Source: an uncultured Pirellulales bacterium (GTDB lineage Bacteria > Planctomycetota > Phycisphaerae > Sedimentisphaerales > Anaerobacaceae). From it: DNA of 64,000 nt. A program made the translations under genes and the position numbers. Location: the NCBI GenBank assembly GCA_964575615.1, contig CAZNSM010000002.1, positions 5,862 through 69,861 on the forward strand, read 5' to 3'. Each line of letters begins with the position of its first letter. The first letter of the stretch is position 1. This document shows, piece by piece, positions 46,201 to 55,200 of this stretch. Below the pieces are notes generated by a model. It worked only from the letters and a program-made list of their open reading frames with translations. It was not told where the DNA came from and did no database searches.

Positions 46201-49200
46201 ATGCCCTGGCAGTTTGCCTGGCCCGCTGCCGCGAGCTGACGCGCGCCAGAGACATCCTCGGTCGCGTCGTCCGCGACGGTGCCGATCCGCGTTGCCGTCG
46301 GCTGTTCGACGATCTTGTCGCGCGGGTTGGACCCGGTGGCACGGCGTCGTCCCGAGTTCCTTCCTCGCCGCCGCAGGACGGAGAGGGGCTGACGATCTTC
46401 GCGATGCCCAAGCCGTTTGAGGGACACATCGCGACCATCCAGAAGAACGCGATCCGAAGCTGGGCCCGGCTGCGGCCGGCCCCGCAGATCATCCTCTTCG
46501 GCGACGAGCCGGGGACACGTCAGATCGCGCAGGAGGTCGGCGCCTGTCACGTGCCCGACATCGAGCGCAACGAATTCGGAACGCCCCTGGTCAATAAGCT
46601 GTTCGAGGAGGCCCAGAAGCGCGCTTCGCATCGGATCGTCGCTTACGTGAACGCCGACATCATTCTTTTTGAGAGCTTCGTAAAGGGCGTGCGGGAGGTC
46701 CAGTCGCGTCTTGCGAAGTTCCTTCTCATCGGCCAGCGCTGGGACCTCACGGTGCTCGACGAGATCGACTTCGGCCGGCCCGACTGGCCCAGCATGCTGC
46801 AAGCCCAGATGCAGGAACGTGCGATGCTGCACGGCGAGTGCGGCCTGGACTACTTCGTGTTTCCCAAAGGGGTGTACCCCGAGATTCCACCGTTTGCGAT
46901 CGGGCGAATCGCCTGGGACAACTGGCTGGTCATGGCTCCGCACCGGGCCGGCGTTCCGGTCGTCGACGGCACCGAGTTCATCACGGCGGTCCATCAGGAC
47001 CACGATTATGGACACGTCGCCGGAGGCCGGCGTGGCGCCTGGAGCGGCGCAGAGGCCTCGCGCAACCGCGCCTTGGCCGGAAAGGTGGATGATTCGGCCT
47101 ATGCCTCCGGGGCCGAGTGGGTCCTGCGGCGAGATGGGCGGCTGGCCGAATCGCGGCCGCGAGAACCGGTGTTCGGCAGCACGGCGTACCGGGAGTATCG
47201 CCATGCCTGGCTGGCGAAGGAGGCGCGACGATTGATGGCCCTCGACCGAATGGAGCTGGCGGCGGCCAAGTGGGAGGAGACGCTCCCGATTCTCGAGCGC
47301 CTGCTGATTGCGGCACGGCGCAAGGGAAGCTCTCCGGACTCGGACGGTGTCCGACTGGCCGAATGCTATGCGACCGCGTGCGTGTCACTGGCCCAGTGTC
47401 ATATGCAACTGGGTTGCCACGATCGAGTCGTGGCGGACTACACGCGGCTGCTGGAGACCTCCCTTTTCGAGATTCCGCAGAAGCAGCGTGACGACATCCA
47501 GCGGGTGTGCGATCGGCTGCGCGAGCGTCTGCCGCAGAGCAAAGACCCTCTGGTGCATTCGCCCGTCGATCGACAGAAGCGATCCGCTCCGGCCGAAACG
47601 GTTCAGCCCTCGAGATGCTGTGGGGCGGCGAGACCGGGCCTCGGTGAGAAGCGGCTGGCCCTGATCGTCTCGATTCCGGATCGCGCCGACGATTTGCGCC
47701 GTCTCCTCGTGGACCTCGAAGACCAGGTGGACGATATCCGCATTCTGCTGAACGAGTACGAAACGGTCCCGGAGGACCTGTATCGTTTCGCCAAGGTCAC
47801 TCGCGTCGAAGCCAGTCCGAAGGGCGAGTTGTATGCCAGCGGGGCCTGGGACTTGCTGATGCCGGATGACGAGGGGTATGTGCTCGTGATGGACGACGAC
47901 ATCAAGTATCCGCCGGATTATGCCGACACGATGATCGCGAAGATCGAGGAGCATCAGCGTCGCGCCGTCGTCGTGGTCCACGGGATGGATTTCCGTCCGC
48001 CGTTTGCCGACTTCGTCGTGGATCGGAACATGTATCATTTCGAAACCGCTTGTCGTCAGGATCGTGTGGTGCATGCCGGAGGCGTGGGGACGCTGGTGTT
48101 CCACACCAGCACGATTCGCCCCCGGAGCCGTGACTTCCCGAACCCTAATTTCCGCGACCTGTGGTTTGCCGTTCTGGCGGCCAAACATGAGGTGCCCATC
48201 GTGTGCATCGCGCACGACGCCGGCTGGCTGCTTGCCAAAAGGATGCGCGGCAGACAACTGTGGCGCATGGCCTACGAACAAGGCCAGAGGGACCTGAAGA
48301 ATGAGGTCTTCCGAACCCGCCTTCTGCCTTTGCTGAACATCGACGTGCTCCAGACCCACGCGACCGATCATCGCTTCACCATCTTCTGCTTCACCAACGG
48401 TCGTAGCACGTTCGACTACTGCGTCCGATCGCTGACGGATTCCTGGGACCAGCACGAGAAGACCGTCGTGCTGCGAGATATGGACTTCTTCGAGGCCACT
48501 GCCCAATGCCTCGAAGATTGTGAGACACCGTACTTCTTCAAGGTCGACGACGATTTTCTCCTCCACCCCCAAGCCATCGCCTACATGCGAAAGAAGGTGC
48601 TGGAGTATCCTTGTCCGGAGGAACTGGGGATCTACTACTGCCATCTGTGGGAGGACTGGACCAGCCGCGTGCGACAGAGCATCAAGGTCTACCGGGCCGA
48701 GGCCCTGCGTCGGATCGGCGGGTTCCAGGCGAACGATCAGGGGAAGGTGGACGAGGCGACCAAAGCAGCGCTGGAGCGGGCCGGGTTCAAGGTTGTTGAG
48801 GACCCCAGCGTGGTGGCACTTCATGCCTGCGGCACTTGGGAAGAGCAGTTGGAGTACGAGCGGCTCTGGAGCGCGATGGCCGATGCGCCCTACAAGAAGC
48901 CCACACATGATGCGATGAAGGCTTACTGCGGAACCAAATCGCTCGATACGCAATACGCCATGAGGTTGGGGACGCTGGAGTCCATCAACCGGCAGTTGAA
49001 CACTCCGTTCCACCGCTTTCTGGTCGAGAGCGCAGCGGACTCTCCCAGCAGCGCGCTACCGGAGAGCGAGGTATCCGACTCCTCGGCGCATGTGGCGGAG
49101 GATACTGCGGCCGGCGGAAGCCTGCTTCATCCGTCCTCCCGCCCTCGGCGACAGAGGGTACGCGATCGCCTTCTGCGGGCAGAGCCGACGGCGCGACGCG

Positions 49201-52200
49201 GATCGCAACCCGACGCCGGACGTCGGCCACGAGTCACCGTGGTGCTGGCGTGCCGCGATGGGGAGCGACACCTGCCGGAATGTCTGGACAGCATTCTGAA
49301 GCAGACCCTGTCGGAGTGGGAGCTGTTCTTGCTCGACGACGGCAGCACGGACGGCACGCGGCAGGTCATGGAAAAGTACGCCGCCCGCGATGCGCGCATC
49401 CGGCCCTTCTACTTCGACCAGAGCGCCGGGCCGTACATTCGCCGCAATTTCGCCATCGAGCGCGCCGGCGCTCCTTTCGTCGTGATCCAGGACGCCGACG
49501 ACCTCATGTGCCCCGAGAAGCTGGAGCGGCTGTGGTTGGCCATCACCCAGGACGACCGTCTTGGCGTGGTCGGCTCGTTCTACCACATGTTTCTCGATGA
49601 GTACCAGGGGGCGGAACACAGCGATACGGTCGTCCTGAAGACGACGCACGAGCAGATCCTGGAAGAATACCGAAACGCGGCCGTCTGTGATTTCTGCTGG
49701 CATGGCTCGGCCATCATCCGCAAGCGCCTCTTTGAGGATATCGGGCCCTACGACGAGAACCCCTTCGCCTCGGACTCCTTCTGGCTGGCCAAGGTCGCGG
49801 AGTATGCGTGCCGAAGCGAGGCGGTTCGCTTGATGAATCTGCCGGAGGTGCTGACGCTGCGACGGATGCACGTCAGCTCTCAAACGGGCAGCCTGCCGGC
49901 GTTCGATCCACGCAGTCGGCGGGCGCACTTCAAGGAGCACCGCCGCCAGAAACTGTCGGAATTGATTCGAACGCTCCATGCCGACCCTCGTGCCGATATC
50001 AAGGCGGTCCTGCGTCGCACCGTTTGTGGCGACTTCATCAAGCAGAACGCACGGCTCTTCCCCGAATGGGAAAACGCGCCTTTGACCGGTCCGATCGTCC
50101 AGGGTTTCCTCGGACGGATTTACAGTCACTTCACGAAGGGGCAGTTCGTTCAATGCCTCTGGACGAGCCGGATCGTGGAACAACTGGTGACGGGCATCGC
50201 GCAGAACGTGCGAAGCTACGAACTGATCAAGGGTCTGGCCTATTTCGCACTCGGGTACCCTTGCGAGAGTCGGGAATGCCTGGACCGGGAATGTGACATT
50301 CATGGGACCCCTGTGGCGATGCAGTTCCGCGCGGACTGGCTCGATCGGGGCAACGGTCTCCAGCCGCGAGCCCAGCGTTTGAGCCTCATCGAAAGGGCCC
50401 TCTTTCATCCGGACGGCAGACGAACGGAGCCGGTCGAGTGTCTTCCGGACAGCGGCGCCAAAGGACCGACGGGCGTGTCGGTTATCGTGTCTCTCGCGGG
50501 GGATGCGGCGTCGTGGGCCGATGTGATCGCTTCTTTCGACGCACAGACGGAGAAGGACTTTGAGGTCATCGCACTGGTTCCAGCGCCTTTGGCGGAGGAC
50601 CTGGCGCGTCGGGCCGCACACGTCGGCTTTCGTCTCTCCGTCCTCGGCACGAGGGAGGGAGCGAGCCCGTGTCGCTACAGGAATGCGGCAGCCGAGCAGG
50701 CGCAGGGCCGCTGCCTTGCGTTCCTGGGAGAGTACGTGGCGCCGGACCGTGACTTCGTCGCACGTGTACAGCAGCATTTCCAGGAGAAGGACCTCTGCGG
50801 CCTGCGAGGCCGGATTCTCTGTGAGGGCCGTTCCTCCACTCCCCTCCGATTCGACTTGGGGCCGGACCAGATGGCCGCTGCATGGGACATCGACGAATTG
50901 TGTGTCTTTGACAGAGAGACCTTCTTCCGCCTCGGCGGGTTCCCCGCCGTGCCGTTCGATCACGGGGCGATTCACCTCTCGCATCGGGCGTACGCCGATC
51001 TGCGTGACGGTCGGCGTCGTATTCTCTATTGCCCCGATGTGCTCTGTCGCTACCGTGGACCGGAGGAGGCGCGGGTTGGTCTCGTAGATCGGTTCGCCAT
51101 GGAGAATCGCTTCGCGGTCAGTCAAGCGCTGCTCGCGGTCGATCTCCAGGAGGACCAGGAACGTCATGTATGGGGATTCCGCGAGTTCCTGGAGGGGTTG
51201 TACTGGCGAGACACCGGTACGCCGGAAGAGTGCTTCCGACGGTTTCTCCGGACCAGCCTGTTTTTCCGGGAGCGCGACCCTCGCCTGGCAAGCGAGTGGG
51301 CGCGGATGGCGCTGCGGCTGCGTCCGGACTGCATTGAGGCCCGTTGTGTCCTGGGTTCTGCGCAGGCGATGCTGGGCCAGCCCGGTGACGCATGCGTTCT
51401 TCTCGAAACGTGCCTTGAGCCGTTGGAGGAATTGATCGCCTTGGAGCGGCTGGATCGCGCGCGAAGCGAGTTCAGAGGCTATGCCGATATCGTGGAATGT
51501 TACGTTGCCAGTTGTACGCTTCTGGCCGAGTGCTATATGAAGACGGGCCGGTACGATCGCGTGGGCGTCACCTATGCGCGACTGCTTGGGAACCCCCATG
51601 TCCATCTCGATCCGGCTCAGCGGCAGAACATGGAACGCATACGAGACCGCCTGGTTTCGTCGCACCGGGCCGAGATCGTGCCCGTGCCCTCGCATGGGGC
51701 CGGATGCGGACGCGATGTGGCGCCGGTGAATTCTGCTCCGCCACGCAGGATGGAGCCGCAAAGCCCGGCGGTGCCATCGACAGATGGGTCAGGCCGGGAT
51801 CGTGCGTCGGAAAACCCGTGCGTTGCGAAGCTGACGGAGCTGGAACGCATGTATCGATCGATGCCGCCAGGATCGGCGTCCCGACATGCGGTGGCCAGCC
51901 GGCTCGCCAAACTGTTCCGCAAGGCCGGCGCGACCGACAAGAGCAGGATGCTGGAGATGGAAGCCCGGGCCATCGGCAACACCATGGCCTACGAAGAGGC
52001 CCGGCGGACCAAACCGGACGTCTGTTCCCATCGCCCCGTGACCGTGGAGTTCAACGTGATCACCCGGTGCAACGGCGGCTGCGTCATGTGCAGCTACGGC
52101 ACAGACGGCGAGATTATGGACCTGGCACAGTTCCAGCATCTCGCGGACGAGTGGCTGCCGGCCGCCCGCGATGCCCATCTGATCGGCGGCGAGGTCCTGC

Positions 52201-55200
52201 TGCACCCGCAGTTCTACGAGCTCTGCGAATACGCCAATCGTTTTGGCGTGTGCCTCGGTATGACGACCAACCTGTCGACGCTGGCGGGACGGAGGGCAGA
52301 GGCGATCACGAGGTTCTTCCACACGGTTCGGGTCTCTGTGGATGGGGCCACCCGACAAACCTATGAATCCATACGTCGGCGTCTGAGCTTCGAGCGACTC
52401 TGTCAGAACCTGGCGGTTCTGGCGGACATCAAGCGAAGCAGGCCGGAACTCGAGATGGAACTGGCCTTTGTCGCGATGCGCCAGAATATTGCGGAATTGC
52501 CCGACGTGATCGAAATGGCCGCCCGGTACGCCTTCGATAGCGTCGCCGTCAATTTCGTCCATGTGTACAATGCTCAGACCTTGGACGATTCGCTGCTGTT
52601 TCACCGAGAACTGGCGAACAAGCACCTCGACCTGGCCCGGGCGGCAGCGGCCCGACTCGGCCTGGCTCTGGACATTCCCGACAACTTCGACCTGAGCCGG
52701 ACGCCCTACGTGGCCTCGCAACAACTGACGGAAGGCCACAGACAATGCACCCGGCCCTGGCAGCGCGTTCGACTGCTCATCCATGGCGAGGTCATTCCCT
52801 GCTGTCATCTCCACGACCTTCCGATGGGCAATGCGCTGGCGGAGTCCTTTGAGGGGGTGTGGAATGGCGAGAAGTTCAGAGGACTGCGACAGGCCATCCG
52901 GGACAGTCGCGATGAAATGCCCGAGCGATGTAAGCACTGCCGCATACTCATGCGAGGAGCCGATTCCAACGACGCGATGATGCACGTCAATCCGGCTCTT
53001 GTGCCCGAACTGAAGCAGCGCCTCCAGACGCGGGCCAGTACGCCGGCGGTGGCTGTATCCACTGCGTCCGCGCCGCGTGTATCCGTGCTGGCAGTCAGCG
53101 TGGTGTTGGCGTGCCGCAATGGGGCCGAGCACCTGCCGGAATGTCTGGACAGCGTCTTGGCGCAGACCCTGTCGGAGTGGGAATTGCTGCTTCTCGACGA
53201 CGGGAGCACCGACAGTACGCGCGGGATCATGGAGGCGTACGCCGCCCGCGATGCGCGCATCCGGCCCTTCTACTTCGACGAAAGCGCCGGACCGTACGTC
53301 CGTCGCAATTTCGCCATCCGACAGGCCCGTGCACCGTTTGTCTCGATTCAGGACGCTGACGACATCATGTGTCCGGACAAGCTCCGGCGTCTGTATGACG
53401 CAATCGGCGGCGACGAGCGTCTCGCGGTCGTGGGTTCGTTCTACCGGAAGTTCCTGGATGATTTCACCGGCATCGAATCCACGGAGGCCGTGACGTTGCC
53501 GGCAACGCACGAAGAGATTCTAAAGGCATACGACGCCCGGTCCATGTGGGATTTCTCCTGGCACGGCTCGGCGATCGTCCGGCGGATGCTGTTCGAGGAG
53601 ATCGGGCTGTACGACGAGAACCCCTTCGGCGCCGACTCGTTCTGGCTGGCCAAGGTAGCCGAATACGCCCGCCGCACGGAGCGTATCCGGTTGTGCAATA
53701 TTCCGGAGTCTCTCACTCTGCGGCGGGTGCACAGCGAATCGCAGGTGGGGCAACTGCCGGCGATGGACCCCCGCAGCCGACGAACGCGCTATTCGCAGTA
53801 CTGCCTCAGCCGGCTCCAGGAGGTGGTCAACACGGTGGCGCGCGACCCCTCGATGGATGTCGCCCGGGCGCTGCGCGAATGCACCTGCGCCGACTTCCTC
53901 CCGCGCTTCGGCGCGCAGATCGCCGAATGGGAGCGCGCGCCGATGGACGAAGGGATCGTGGTTCGCTTCCTTCAGCGTGCCACAGAGTGCTTCCGAATGC
54001 AGCGTTACGTCAGTTGCGTGCAGACCCTGTCCGCGTTGGAAGGCATGGACCCGGAACTGCCGCATCGCCTCGCCAATGTCGATCTGGTCCGCGCGCTAGC
54101 GCTCTATGGGCTGGGGCAGAAAGAGCGGTGTCAGATTTATCTGCGCAGGGAGATGGCCCATCACGACAACCCGGTCGCCCGGCAGTTTTACGAGGAGGCC
54201 TTCACGCGAGGCGTGCCGATCGACGTGCACCAGTGGGGCGCTGAGCATGTGGACGCCGTCGCATTGCGAATCACGGATGCAAGGCTTTCGGCCCCGTCTG
54301 CGCCGGCAGGGCCCGGCGTCGAGACGGCGGCGGGCGAGTCGCCCAAGGTCACGGTGATCACCGCGTGCCGGAATGCCGCTCGGTTCCTCCCGGAGTGCCT
54401 GGACAGCATTCTGGCCCAAACGCTGGGCCAGTGGGAGCTGTTTCTGCTCGACGATGCCAGCACGGACGACACCCGCCGGATCATCGAGGAATACGCGCGA
54501 CGGGATGGACGCATCCATGCCCATTTCTTCGACGACCAGAAGGGACCGTACGTCCGGCGGAATTTTGCCATCGAGCGGGCCCGCGCGGATTTCATCGTGA
54601 TTCACGATGCCGATGACCTGATGTGCTCCACCAAGCTGGAGACTCTGTACGACGAGATCAGCCGGGACGACCGGCTGGCGATGGTGGGCTCGAACTACCG
54701 TACATTCCTCGAAGCGTATCGCGGTCCGGAATACAGCGAATGCAGCCAACTGCCGTTGAAGGACGACGAGATTCTGACCCGGTTCAAATCCTGGCAGCAC
54801 GGGATGAGTCACGGATCGGCGATCATCCGCAAGACCCTCTTCGCCGAGATCGGTCTCTACGACGAAAATCCATTCTCCGCCGACTCCTTCTGGTCGGCGA
54901 AACTGGCTTTGTATGCCGAGGCCGGCCGGCCCATCTTCGTGAAGAATGTGCCCGAGAGCCTGACCCTGATCCGTCTGCACGCGATGAACCACACGCGGGT
55001 CGTCTCGACACTCGATCCGCGCAACCGAAGGACGCGGTACCGGCAATACTGCGAAGGCCGGCTGTGGCGCATCCGTGAGCGGCTGAAGTCGGAACCCGGC
55101 ATGGATATCGGACGGGAACTGCGCCAGTGTGCCTGCGGCGACTTCCTGACCCGTTTCCAGGCCCAGATCCTCGCCTGGGAGAGTGAGCCTTTGAACGATC

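Noticed and set aside
49056-51761. 901-aa minus-strand ORF. The 657-aa (43947-45920), 542-aa (47385-49013), 573-aa (51789-53510) and 438-aa (54096-55412) minus-strand ORFs are similar.
   Set aside because: All lie antisense to the giant ORF, whose frame carries conserved enzyme motifs. The antisense translations are Arg/His/Gly-rich without motifs.
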